A DNA stretch of 47,076 nt, the filler included, from Catajapyx aquilonaris (Eukaryota), in the NCBI GenBank assembly GCA_000934665.2. It is 2 parts of 2 records of this genome, joined end to end, with 100 filler letters (N's around TTAATTAATTAA, not from the genome) between each part and the next. Parts side by side here need not be neighbours in the genome. Positions count along the whole stretch, not along the records: positions 1 to 23,489 come from KZ539395.1; 1 more part is not named here. One strand, given 5' to 3'. Below the pieces are notes generated by a model, which ran no database searches, was not told the origin of the DNA, and saw only the letters and a program-made list of their open reading frames with translations. Position numbers and translations under genes: made by a program. Below, one piece after another: positions 1 through 11,191 of this stretch. Within the stretch, counting starts at the first letter, position 1; each line of letters starts with the position of its first letter.

Positions 1-234
1 GTTTCTCTAATGAGTGTCACTACCTTCAGGTGGAAGGACATCATTATCAGCCCACGCCATCTACCTTAGGCTCAGAACTTATTGGACGACCCTCGTACGT
101 ATATGTTGGATTGATGGTTTCACTGCCGTGTTCCAAAACAACGCCGATAAATAACGATCACAATATACGGATTTTCATACAATAAAATTTCCAGAGTAAG
201 CATTTAATGAAAATTTCGAAACAAATGAATAATA

Positions 235-925
235 CAGTGGTTCCTCGTTACTTCGAATCAGGAGGCCGTTCGATCTCTGAATTGTTTGAAGTCCGAATCA
301 ATTTTCCCCGTTAAAAATAATGCAAAGTGAATTAATCTGTTCCTATAGACCCTATATAAAATACCAATTTCGTTAACCCTTTAAGCAAACACACTATTTA
401 TGCGTAAAAATGACAATTGGTTAAATGGTATGTGAATTCATCTGCCAAGATGATACGGGTGGTAGAGGATGCGTATGGAGAAGCATAGGCGGGGTCCGAA
501 ATCCCGGTGACGATGACGACATCGACGGTGCATACCCTGATACATGTGGATTCCCCCTTGTATGCCTGCACCGCTGTCTGCCAGGGTCAGGTTTACCTAA
601 ACCTGGCAACCAGCGAGGCAGGCATTCAAGGTTGTATCCACACTTATCTCTGGATAAACCTCGCCGATGTCTTCATCGTTACTGGGGTTTCGAAACCCGT
701 TCATGCTTCTTCCATACTCACCCCCTACCACCAGTTTCATTTTGGCAGATGAATTCACACACACCAATAACCAATATCATCAAAAATAAAGCGATGGACG
801 CAGAACAGATGGCGTGTGCGAAGCGAGCGCATTTTTTCACTGCGCGCAGTTTGAATTTAGAAATATCAGGATCAAATTTCTATCGAATTCAGCGTTCGAA
901 CTCTGGAACGTTCGAAGTTCCACTG
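235..925. mobile_element. Non-autonomous Tc1/mariner (pogo/Tigger-like) element with an internal long inverted repeat
   Basis: TA|CAGTGGTTCCTCG at 233-247 and CGAAGTTCCACTG|TA at 913-927 form degenerate TIRs with a TA target duplication. Internal imperfect palindrome at ~410-780. Confidence 0.55.
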
Positions 926-1738
926 TACATGATTTTTCAAACGATACTGTATGTGTATATAATAATGTATACTGTAGATTGGTGTCTCTGAACAGTGTTC
1001 CAAATAATAACGATTTCATACAAAAATTTCCAGAGTAAGCATTAAAAATTTCTGAACAAATAAATGCAACGGGCGAAACAAAAATTATTTTTAAAATCAT
1101 ATACAAGTATAATATGATTCATAATTTATCTATTTTCTTGTGTGACAGTTATTTAAGAGAAACACAACACAGTAGAACATAATCAAAATCAAAACAAGAA
1201 TACTAAAATATTTCAAACGATATGTGTTTAAAATGTATGTAGATTGGTTTCTCTGCACAGTGTGTGGCAGTTTCTTTAGAAAACCACAATCCAGCAGAAT
1301 ATAATCAAAATCAATACAAGAAGGTTACAAACAATACAAAGCCCAGGAAAATGCTTCAATTGATGTTCATGTTATTTGAACGACGCGGTTCACCAGGTGG
1401 CAGGCCTATCATGTGTACCGAATGTTCTCGTGATAGAAACGAAAATGAACGAAATAATGCGCATACCCTTTCCCACTCTTGAAGCTTGGACACTAACAGT
1501 ATTGAACTGGTTCTTTCCAGTGTCATTCGAGCAAAATTAGCATATAAGTCTGTGTTTATGCATAAAGAAATAACTAAATAAAAAATGTTTCTATTATTGT
1601 GTAGGCATGTACTCGTGCTCCGCATAACAAACCTCAAATTCAGAGGCGAAGCCTAAAATTAAGAGGCGACGATTTTGCAAGGTCACCTCATGTGATGAAC
1701 AATAATCATTGCTCTCGTTCATAGCCTACTATCTAGAC

Positions 1739-1952
1739 CAGTGGTTCCCAACCTGTGGGTCGCGGTAATTTTTACTTGCAATAAATTTTATAGGACATTT
1801 CACCACGAATGCGTTTAAATGTGTTTTAAGATGTTTACACTACATTAATCTTCTATTCATACTCGGCAGGGGGGGGGGGGGGNNNNNNNGATCGCAGGTT
1901 ACCTGACTATCGTAAAAGGGGGTCGTGACCCGAAAAAGGTTGGGAACCACTG
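1739..1952. mobile_element. hAT (Buster/Charlie-like) MITE
   Basis: TIRs CAGTGGTTCCCAACCT / AGGTTGGGAACCACTG. Flanks ATCTAGAC and CTCTAGAG match the NTCTAGAN 8-bp target typical of Buster-type hATs. Contains a 7-N gap. Confidence 0.85.
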
Positions 1953-2008
1953 CTCTAGAGTTTCGACTATCATTGCATGTCCATTGACATTTCTAGCTCA
2001 TTATAATA

Positions 2009-2095
2009 CTGGGTGGTGTACTGCCCAAGTATCAATCCATCATCTCGGTCAAATTCGCCATCTTGAATTGTTAACTCAGGCAGTGCACCATCCTG
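2009..2095. mobile_element. Tiny Tc1/mariner-type MITE remnant
   Basis: TA|CTGGGTGGTGTACTGCC pairs imperfectly with GGCAGTGCACCATCCTG|TA. Confidence 0.45.
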
Positions 2096-2108
2096 TATAA
2101 AACTAAAG

Positions 2109-2161
<53 letters not shown>
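2109..2161. repeat. (CTA)n microsatellite
   Basis: About 17 perfect CTA units. Confidence 0.97.
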
Positions 2162-2732
2162 GTAGGTTAACTAAAAAGAGCTACTCTCTAAACTTTAAAA
2201 AACTCGAATATGATAGATATACAGTATATTCGAGTTTGATTGGGCATCAATTGCTGTGTACCAGTACCAATTTTTCCCATTGGGAATAGTACCAGTATAG
2301 AATTGAGCATTTGTCTCATTAATGGGGCTGAGGCGGTTTTAACCCTTGACCTCCGATGCTAATGATTATTATCCCCCTGCAATTCAATACAAGGAATCTT
2401 ATACCTAATATTTTATAAGAAATGTTATCAACTATATGCTACTGCTAATAAAATGATGGTAGCGTAAAAAAACAGCCCAATTTAAACACCCTGTATGCAT
2501 GTCACTTAAACGTTGGTTATATTGTGGCAAGCAAAATCAGTAACCAAATTAGAATGGAATGGTGTCCAGCATTGTCGTCCTGAATATTAACCACCATTGT
2601 TTGGGTCACAATCAGCGACGACGCCAGTATTTATCAGCACTGAAGCTTTACAAGCAGTTTACAGGATAATAATATCGTCTAATCTAATGGAAATGCATTT
2701 AGAACACTTGAATCCTACTTTTCTCAACTGAG

Positions 2733-3021
2733 CATTCCTGGAGAGCATCGAGGAAGAGCAGCCAACTTCTGTCGTCACATCGTCGTCTCTCACTGGCTGG
2801 AGCAATTTAGGACTGTTTACCTGTCTCATGGAGGCCGCCATCTTGTGTCGCCATGGAAAACGTGGCCCGCTCTGATATGTCAAAGCCGGCCACTGTTTCC
2901 ATAGCAACACACGATGGCGGCTTCCACAGGCCACGTAAACTGTCCTAAATTGCTTCAGCCAGTCAGAGACGACGCGACGTCAGATGTTGGCAACACTGTT
3001 CCTCGAGGCTCTCCAGGAATG
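2733..3021. repeat. Fold-back inverted repeat (probable MITE)
   Basis: CATTCCTGGAGAGC...CTGGCTGGAGCAATTTAGGAC arm pairs with GTCCTAAATTGCTTCAGCCAG...GCTCTCCAGGAATG. No clear TSD. Confidence 0.75.
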
Positions 3022-3196
3022 TCTTCCTGGGTGCTCTCTAAACATTCCTCATGTGACTTTCACTGTCAAACAATTAGACATTCTTTTCTTATAAGTAAGC
3101 ATGATCATAATTTGCAAAATCCCGAAGGATTACTTAATAATAACGTGATGTAAATGTAGGTCACCGGGGATGAACCACAGGCTTAACCCCTTTACT

Positions 3197-3331
3197 ATCT
3201 AAATCTAATCTACGCTTTCACATCTAAATATAATCTACGCTTTCACATCTAAATCTAATCTACGCTTTCACATCTAAATCTAATCTATACGCTTTCACAT
3301 CTAAATCTAATCTACGCTTTCACATCTAAAT
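3197..3331. repeat. 25-bp minisatellite, ~5.3 copies
   Basis: Unit ATCTAAATCTAATCTACGCTTTCAC repeated head-to-tail with no spacers. Confidence 0.95.
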
Positions 3332-3336
3332 AGAAA

Positions 3337-3684
3337 AAAAAGAAAATGTTCACCTTCAAAAATGTTGAAGAACCCAGCAATTTTTCATGAAAGGTTTCAA
3401 TGACTTTACGAGTAATTTGTCAACACGGAGGTGCTAATTTCAATGTTATCTTACAATCTTGAATCAATTTAGTCAAAACCGCGGAACAATAATTATTGCT
3501 TTACTTCTGCAAAAGAGAAAGCGTTCGCCTTCATCAATGCTGAAGAACCCAGCAATTTTTCATGAAAAGTTTCAATGACTTCACGAGAAATTATTTTGAC
3601 AATACGGAGATGCTAATTTCAAAGTTAGCTTACAATCTTTGATAAATTTAGTCAAAATCGCGGAGCAATGAATATAGCTTTACA
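3337..3684. repeat. Diverged ~175-bp tandem duplication in the 3' region of the MATH-BTB gene
   Basis: Two copies share TGAAGAACCCAGCAATTTTTCATGAAA...TGCTAATTTCAA...TTTAGTCAAAA..GCGGA...GCTTTAC (~3337-3504 and ~3511-3684). Confidence 0.85.
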
Positions 3685-4786
3685 TCTTTGACAGATCCGA
3701 GATCTCCTTCATGAGATTAGGCGACAGCTGATGAAGGAGACGCCGCTGCGCACCGCGGCGGAAGACATGAAGGTTACGAGCAACAATCCGCTTGCAATGA
3801 TCTATTATGATACGAGCCTTGAAATGTTCCGCGAAAAACAAGAACATAAGCGCATATCTGTTGCAAATCGCAGTGATCAAGTAACTCTCGCACATCTCCT
3901 TCAGAACATTCAGTTTATACTTATCAGCGGCCATCAGCAGGCTGATAGCGTACGTGGAAAGTTTGGGCGGTACAGCATCGGTGTAGATGAAGATGATCAT
4001 CTGGCAGATGACTTCAGGAGGAAAGTCTTCGATGACCAGCAAGTCCAAGCTGGGTTTGCTAGATTGGATGATTCTGGCGAAGAAGGGGCTGCGGCAGGCC
4101 ATCACTGCCTTGTGGACTGGCATTATCACGGCACCGCAGATCAGCGTCATGTCGGAGAGGGTCCTGTTGAACAGCAGCATCTGCATGTCTCCTTGTAGTG
4201 TTTTCTGATGCACCACAGGACTTGCTGCTGCTGCCGGTGGCTGTGAAGAGGTCTTTGGTGCCAGGGCCACAGGTGCCATGACGGTTTGGACCAGTACCTC
4301 GCCTTCTAGCAGGAAAGTCATCGCATTACCAGGTAGAAGGCCCTTCCTCCTCCTCTTGAGTTCGCTTAGGAGGATGTGCATGGAACATGGCCGCTTCGAG
4401 TTGCGCCTTCCGCTGGGGATTGGAACATCGAATGTTTCGTCGATGGTGGACTTGTAGTCCGGTCCGCTGGCGCTCAGGACCGATAGAGACACACCCTTCA
4501 GGGTTTGCTTTTGGAACGGTCCGTTCTGGCTCGGGGTGAATGTTACGTCTATCAGGACGGCCAGAGAAGTGGTTTTCTCTGGTTGGACGCGGGTGGTCAG
4601 GACTATCTGCCATTGTAGGGGCAGGCAGTTGTTCAGCGCAAAAACGGGCGACTGGAGAGTGCTTTGATACTTGGCTTGGAGAGTTTTCAAGATGTTTGGT
4701 GCTCTCCAGCGTATTTTGAATGGCACGAATCCATAGACCACGGGGTTGCTCGTCACATGCGTAATCTTGCCAACTGTTCCCATCAT
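3680..4786 (-). CDS. SPOP/TDPOZ-like MATH-BTB protein (putative Cullin-3 substrate adaptor), ~368 aa, intronless CDS
   Basis: Clear BTB domain (SDMTLIC..PVHKAVMACRSPFF...FIYTD...LLMAADKYKLNVLKEMCE) with a BACK-like tail. Divergent MATH-like N-terminus (FKIRW...LQSPVF...QWQIVL). Acceptor TTTTTTGACAG just upstream (exon begins 4799). First in-frame ATG at 4786. Putative upstream exon ends 5771 (GTAAGT). Confidence 0.9.
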   Translation of the reverse strand: MMGTVGKITHVTSNPVVYGFVPFKIRWRAPNILKTLQAKYQSTLQSPVFALNNCLPLQWQIVLTTRVQPEKTTSLAVLIDVTFTPSQNGPFQKQTLKGVSLSVLSASGPDYKSTIDETFDVPIPSGRRNSKRPCSMHILLSELKRRRKGLLPGNAMTFLLEGEVLVQTVMAPVALAPKTSSQPPAAAASPVVHQKTLQGDMQMLLFNRTLSDMTLICGAVIMPVHKAVMACRSPFFARIIQSSKPSLDLLVIEDFPPEVICQMIIFIYTDAVPPKLSTYAISLLMAADKYKLNVLKEMCESYLITAICNRYALMFLFFAEHFKARIIIDHCKRIVARNLHVFRRGAQRRLLHQLSPNLMKEISDLSKM

Positions 4787-5072
4787 CGGCGGCAAAGATC
4801 TGTCAAAAAAGAAATTAATTGTGAGAATGACATCACTAACACTTGAAGCAGCCTATAAGGAAAATTTGTTGTGACTGGAGACGCATTATTTTGTGCGACA
4901 TGGCCTCGCTCTTATTTAGAAACAAACGGATCGCATTTTAATGTGTCTGCTCGTCACGTCTCTCACTAGATAACGCGGTACTTAAACTGCGAAAATGACG
5001 AAATACGACTAATGATGTATATGAGAATGCTGGAGACCCGAATTGCACTGAACTGACTATTGGCCAGATGTA

Positions 5073-5613
5073 CAGGGTGTATCAGAAGTCGGTACCTATT
5101 TCTATTTCCGAATAACTTTCCGACGAGTACACCTACGAAAGTCAAACATGATTCATGAGAATTTATCTGGGTGACACTTTGCTACTGTGGCGCTGCTAGC
5201 GAGCGCGGCTTTACACTTCTTCCGCGGTGGCGCTGTTAGCGGGCACATGTTGACACTTCTTGCCGTGGTGGCGCTGAAGCTGTGAACAAAATGTCGGACC
5301 ACCTATCTCGATCACTGTGATATCACGAGCCAGCCCCCGAACACTTCGACCCCATTCGTATGTCACAAAAAAGTGGTCCGACATTTTGTTCACAACTACC
5401 CCCGTTATCAGCGCCACCACGGCAAGAAATGTCAACCTGCGCCCGCTAACAGCGCCACCGCGGATGAAGTGTCAAGCTGCGCTCGCTAGCAGTGCCACAG
5501 TAGCAATGTGTAATCCCGATAAATTCTCGTGAATTCCCGCACATTTCGAATCATGTTTGACTTCGTACTCGTTGGAAAGTTATTCGGAAATAAAAATAGG
5601 TACCGACTGCTGA
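5073..5613. mobile_element. Tc1/mariner-type fold-back MITE in the putative MATH-BTB intron
   Basis: Starts TA|CAGGGTGTATCAGAAGTCGGTACCTATT. Arms are inverted over ~250 bp. Right end lacks the terminal TACACCCTG. Confidence 0.85.
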
Positions 5614-5979
5614 AGACCCGAATTGCACTGGAACCGACTATTGGCCAGATGTACCGGTTACGTAACGTAAATTAAAGAAAATCTCTGATTTTGTGTTCTG
5701 AACACATAACCGGAGATTTTCTCAAATGTTCTTTGTCTAATCAGGCCTAAGTCACCGCACTAATACTTACATTCGTCGTCGGCGGAAAGTCCGGAAGTTG
5801 ACCAAGGCTTTCAAGTACCAAACAGGTGTCGTCACTCACAGCTGGATGTGGTGTTCTCATCCAGTCCAGTCGAATTCGGCAGGAATCGTCAAATGCACTG
5901 GAAGACCCTGGTTGCGATGTTCGGATCAGGTCCCGCTGCTCTCAGCTAAGATGGATGCGACTTCAGCAGTGAGTCCAAC

Positions 5980-6077
5980 TGGACCCTCTGGCCCCTCTGG
6001 ACCCTCTGGCCCCTCTGGACCCTCTGGCCCCTCTGGACCCTCTGGTCTTCTGGTTCTGGACCCCCTGGACCCTCTGG
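5980..6077. repeat. 9-bp tandem repeat GG(A/C)CCCTCT
   Basis: About 7 near-perfect units plus degenerate units, in the putative first exon of the MATH-BTB gene. Confidence 0.9.
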
Positions 6078-7329
6078 AGTCTTGAGATGCACTGATTCAC
6101 CACTGGACGGCTAGTCTCACAATACACTGGATAACAGAGGACACCGAGGCTTCTGATCTGCTCAGGAGTAGGAAGATGTGTGAAGACGCGAGCTGTAGCT
6201 CCTACCTTTTTGTAGCATCAATCCCCCCCCTCTGTCTCATGTGTGTTCATACGCGGGGCGTTGGCTATTGCTGCTTTGAAAACAATGGCATTTTTTATTT
6301 TTTATTATGCAAAAAGTGTTTTTGGTTATTTGTTTGAGATTAAGAATTGTTAAAGGTATTTACTATGTATGTGGATTGACGAAATTGTTATTGGAGACAG
6401 TTTTCTTGAGTGGGACGGCACTATTTTTTATCGAAGGCGTTGTTCAGAAGCAGGAAATGGTGATGGGGATATGCAGTGTTGTCATTTGGTGAATTTTTAT
6501 AGAGGACTGCTGTCGATGACAAAGCACTATTTTGCCCATGTATTAGTATAAAAAATAATGGTGTCATTCGTCTTCTGCTTTTGAATTAGGATCAGATTAG
6601 TAATGAGAATTAATAATAAATTTACCTGTCACTTCTGTGCAAGTACCCCAGGCCTGGATTGCGCGTATGAAACTTGTCACATGGGACAGGAGTACTTTTA
6701 AAAAACCAGTATAAATATTAAGGGATAGGTGAATGAATAGGCCTATCAAGAAACAATGGCCGAAAGACAGGAATTTATAAACTGTTTATGTGACAGCTCC
6801 CTAACGAATTATTTGTCACGACGGAAATAAACTCTTGCTGCGCCCCTTTCCTCAAGAAAGAATGGAGTTTTTGAACGCAGCCGGAGAGTGATGCGGTTTT
6901 CATCAAATAATGAAAACTTCATACCTAATGGCGCTATTGGGTACAGTGCCTAGCTATATACGGTAGCATACATTATAACTAAGTTAGTATGAGATAGAAA
7001 GGAACAAAGCTTACAACGATTTATTTTATAGCCATATATCTTGTTTTGGAACTACTTTGCGGAAGTGACTACCCCTTCCCCCCGGACCCACCGCTCTACC
7101 TCTCAGTTCGAGCCCCCGACCACACCTCACCCTCCATCTTAGCCCGTAGATTTCAGTGTTTTCCTATTTCCAACTCGTTGAACCTATTTATCTCGCTGCA
7201 TCGTCCTGATTCGTCGGCGTGCGTCGGTTGTTCTTTTGCTCCAACGGCAGCGACGTCACGCAAAACAATTACGTCAGACACAGGTTAGGCTGAGTTCCCT
7301 GAAGTAAATAAAATGCTGTAGGCTATATT

Positions 7330-7434
7330 GGGTGGAATTTTCGTCGTACTACTAACTGTTAACTTAGCAGTACCATTGCATGACACTGGTACTGCTAAGT
7401 TAAAAGTAACTATAGTACGACGAAAATTCCACCC
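7330..7434. mobile_element. PIF/Harbinger (Tourist-like) MITE
   Basis: Near-perfect hairpin GGGTGGAATTTTCGTCGTACTA...TAGTACGACGAAAATTCCACCC flanked by a 3-bp ATT duplication. Confidence 0.8.
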
Positions 7435-7517
7435 ATTATCTTTATAACTCGACATTGCATGTAGCTGGTAGAATAATTGGAGACACATGATAATGGACAA
7501 GTTGTACTATATAGCTA

Positions 7518-7719
7518 CACTGTAAACCGTAAAACATTAAAAGAGTATCACTGGTGAGTCTCTCATGGAACATCAATTTTTAATACTCTTCTAATGCTCT
7601 TCTGTTGCTAAAAAGCGTCACAAGAGCATTAGCAGAGCATTAGAATAGCATTAAAAATTGATGTTCCATGAGAGACTCACCAAGTGGGATGCTCTTTTAA
7701 TGTTTTACGGTTTATAGTG
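7518..7719. mobile_element. CACT-terminated fold-back MITE (CMC/EnSpm-like)
   Basis: CACTGTAAACCGTAAAACATTAAAAGAG pairs with CTCTTTTAATGTTTTACGGTTTATAGTG, with arms of ~80 bp. Superfamily inferred from the termini only. Confidence 0.7.
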
Positions 7720-7900
7720 CACGTAGCGTAAGTGACATCTTGCGCTTATCGGAGACTACATTTAGTAGCAATTTACTAAGGAAGAAATTTCGTATGGTAT
7801 AGGCCTAAGGGACAGGTACGTGATACTTAAGGAAGAAAGGAACTGATGTGTTCCGCTATATCAAGCTCAAATGCGTGTAAGTCTCTACCGTATAGACTTA

Positions 7901-8030
7901 TGCCTGGTTGCACCAACAAAATTACCGCTCCGATAGCTCCTAACGGACCGATAGCACATGTTAAAAGGTCTACCTATCTGTCCATTAGGAGCTATCGGAC
8001 CGGTAATTTTGTTGACAGTGCAACCAGGCA
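7901..8030. mobile_element. PIF/Harbinger (Tourist-like) MITE
   Basis: TTA|TGCCTGGTTGCAC...GTGCAACCAGGCA|TTA. The whole element is a hairpin with a TTA TSD. Confidence 0.85.
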
Positions 8031-9345
8031 TTAGTGTAGTTTTTTTTAAATATCCAGGTACTTGCGCGCCATATCCGGTCACATGACTCGTTACCGGTTG
8101 CTCCCTCGACATGCCTCACTTCTACATTTTTTATTTGTTTTGAGCCAATGTGACAGGTCCAATTATTATGCCGTGGCAGGTCTTCCACTAATAAGAAACA
8201 CCCTGTATGCAGCATAGGCATATGATTGCATGATGCTCCTACTTTCAATGAAAATCACCATTTCTTCTCAGAAGACATCGGTTGGTCCTGTTTTGCATGT
8301 AGGCCTACCCCAATGTCAATCGTTGACTATTCTTCTTTAATACTATTGTAGAACAAAGTGATGGCTGATGTGAGGTCAAAATCTGAAGTGCCGATTGACT
8401 TGATTATTTTAGACTGCATTTTAACCTTTTTTTTACGTTCTTGTAGTCACAGAGCATACTTACATGTTAGGACAATTTATACTGCCAAACACAGCTAATA
8501 AGCATGGTGATGGATAATTTGGGCAACGCGAAAAAACTGACGTAAAAAATCTCTTTCCCTCTCTCTCTCTCTAAATTATACTAGAGAATGAAAAGTTGCC
8601 GTATTTTCATCTGAGTCCAGTACACGGCAATAAATTAGAGGACATGAAAATTTGTCGATGTCATACCGGGACTGTGCGTATGTAACGAGAAAATTTAATA
8701 ACGCAATGGGGATAACCAGGCGTAAGTTAATTACTTTTTATGTTTTTACAATATTGTGTATGAAAGCTTGACAAAAGAAAAATAAGGCGGGGAGAGAGGA
8801 AAAGTCTCAAATTCTCACGTGATATTTTGTTTACTTACCAGCATAAGGGGCGGGAGGGTGGCAGTGTTGTGGAATAGTAGTGAAGACAAAAAAAATGTCA
8901 AAATCAGAGACACTTCATGACTAATTCCTGTAAACGCAGTAATGTGCAATGCCATGTTAGAAATATTATTCATCAAGGTTCGTTAATTGCCATTGTTCCT
9001 ATTTGAATCCCAGGAACCGTCTGATAAGTTAAAGCTGAAGCAAATCTAACCTGAGGATTTAGTTTCGAGATCTATCCGACCACTAACTCCTTCAGTACCA
9101 GCACTGGCCCACAAACACAGGATTACGAGTTAGTCGAACTAATCTCCGATGTGGTCTGAAAGGAGGCGCGGGACTGACGGGCGTGAAACACTCAGGATCA
9201 AATATTGCAGGCAGTTCAGGGCTCTATAGTGTCCCTTTCGTGTTATAAATCATTTTAAAGATCATTGCAAAGTTTTATAAGATCTTGATAATTTAATATT
9301 TTATCCACTCATGCTGACTTTGTTTACATGCAGCACACACAGTCT

Positions 9346-9646
9346 TGTCCTGAATTAGCTGTGGGGACGTGAAAATTCAACTTTTCGAAGCTAGTGTAAA
9401 CTAACCTAACCTAACCTAACTAACCTAGGCTGAGAAAAATGGACTTTTGTGAAACCCTACGAATGAAAATAGTGGGGACATGTCCCCACTAATTTAAACA
9501 TGTCCCCACTGTAATACTGTAGTACCCATTGCGTGTGTGCATGAATGGGGACCGACAAATGTCCCCACAATTCGAATTGTGGGGACAGACGTCCCCACAG
9601 CTACAGTAAAAGCACAAACTTCCGTCCCCAGAGCTAATTGAAGACC
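9346..9646. mobile_element. Non-autonomous TIR element with GTGGGGAC/GTCCCCAC sub-repeats and an internal (CCTAA)n tract
   Basis: GTCCTGAATTAGCTGTGGGGACG pairs with CGTCCCCAGAGCTAATTGAAGACC. About 8 motif copies occur in both orientations. CTAACCTAACCTAACC at 9401-9427. Confidence 0.65.
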
Positions 9647-11191
9647 TGTATAGTGTACATGCATGGATGTTTGCATGAGGTCGAATGGGAAATAGGCCAT
9701 AATTCAATTTCGCAGAACATTTTACGCTCTAAATTCAAAAGGCTTAATATAATTTAAAAAGGGTTAGATTTAACTTTCTCTCTGCGTTCAATCCATATCT
9801 ACTCCATACAATGCTATATTCCTACTCCTTAAACTGTATAATAATAACAAGTATAGGCGCCAATTTATGAAAAATGATTGCACGTAATCACGCATAATCG
9901 TAATAGGTGTACCCTTGAAAGTGAGGCTGCTGTGGGAACCTACGATTTGGGAGTAACAGTTGCTGGGGGGAGAGAAAATTAACATGGCAACCAATCCGCT
10001 TTCGATTTTGGTAACCAAATCGAAAGCGGATTAGTTGCCATGTTTCACTTATATCCCACGATTCTAAACCCCCAAAGCATAGGCCCTGTGGCGAGAACTC
10101 TATTTTTACTGTGTACACAGGAAAAGGAGTGCGTCATTGCTAATCCGTAGCCTACATCTCATGCCGGCTTCCAAAGCGATTGCAGGAATATGCAAATTCT
10201 TCTTGCCAGTTCATTGACAGTTAATCCAATTTTATTCATAAGTTGGACATTCTGAACGTAATAATATACAAATGGGCACCATGAAAACTGATGTGTAAAA
10301 TATTACAGGTTCCTAGTATCTTATGTGGCCATTTTGAAGTTGAAAAAATTTCACGTCACTATTACCCCTCTATCTCAACTCAGGAACACTTGAAATTCTA
10401 TCTTTCGCATGCAATAAATATTTAAGTATTTACAATTAAGTAAAGGGACTCAATAATTATAGGAACAGCACAACTAGCTAAAAAATAAGTGTTGTAAGTT
10501 TCACCCCACCATTATCACTTTCTACGTGTCATACAGCCACAACTACCTAGTGCTGATCCGTGTAACATTATCCTGAAACTACCCTAACAGAAACACATTG
10601 ATGTGACCACTGGTCCTCACTGAACTGGCAATAAAAGTCGCGACAAATGTAGCATTAAAGTTATACCGGTATACGATATACGCCCCGAACATCCGCAAGA
10701 ACGAATATTCCATTTGCATACCATGCGCTAATTGTGCATGATAAATATTGCAGTAGCACGTTCATCTTGAATTATTTATCACTCAACTTTTCAGATATGT
10801 CGACACTTTCCTGCACGTTAAAAGCGTTATGCCAGTTTTTTTCCCCCCCCGCAGACGTACCGAATGTTAGTTGCCATGGCTGCAACCCGAGTTTCACAGT
10901 TATTTGACTTGATTTTGTGGTGCACTGCACCAGCCCCATGAATAAGGCTCGAGAACGAAGCAGCTTCTGGAAGCAATCTAAGGCCTAGGATGCTTTTTGA
11001 AGCAGTAGTCTGGAGTTAGGAAAAAAAATTGCATTTTTCTGTCGTAGTTATTACTTCGGTTGCCAGAAATTGGTCTCAACTACTTGTAGTAACGAGGATT
11101 ATCAGGATACAAGCAATAGTTGTACGTGCAATGGCAGGAAGTAGAGCGAAGTGGGGTTAAGGTCATTGCAATAATATTGTTGCCTCTTACT

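Noticed and set aside
425..991. 188-aa ORF
   Set aside because: Lies in a palindromic transposon-like segment, has mirrored peptides on both strands and no recognisable domain.
100..1340. Repeated AT-rich blocks (e.g. AAAATTTCCAGAGTAAGCATT; ATAATCAAAATCAA) as a structured array
   Set aside because: Irregular, degenerate local duplications without constant period or coding signal.
3197..3331. CRISPR-like array
   Set aside because: Units are head-to-tail with no spacers and the context is eukaryotic; this is a minisatellite.
3731..4198. 155-aa plus-strand ORF
   Set aside because: Antisense shadow of the BTB coding region with no recognisable features.
5798..6085. Collagen-like (GPS)n ORF
   Set aside because: Produced by a 9-bp DNA repeat, with only ~7 triplets, no signal peptide and no supporting exons.
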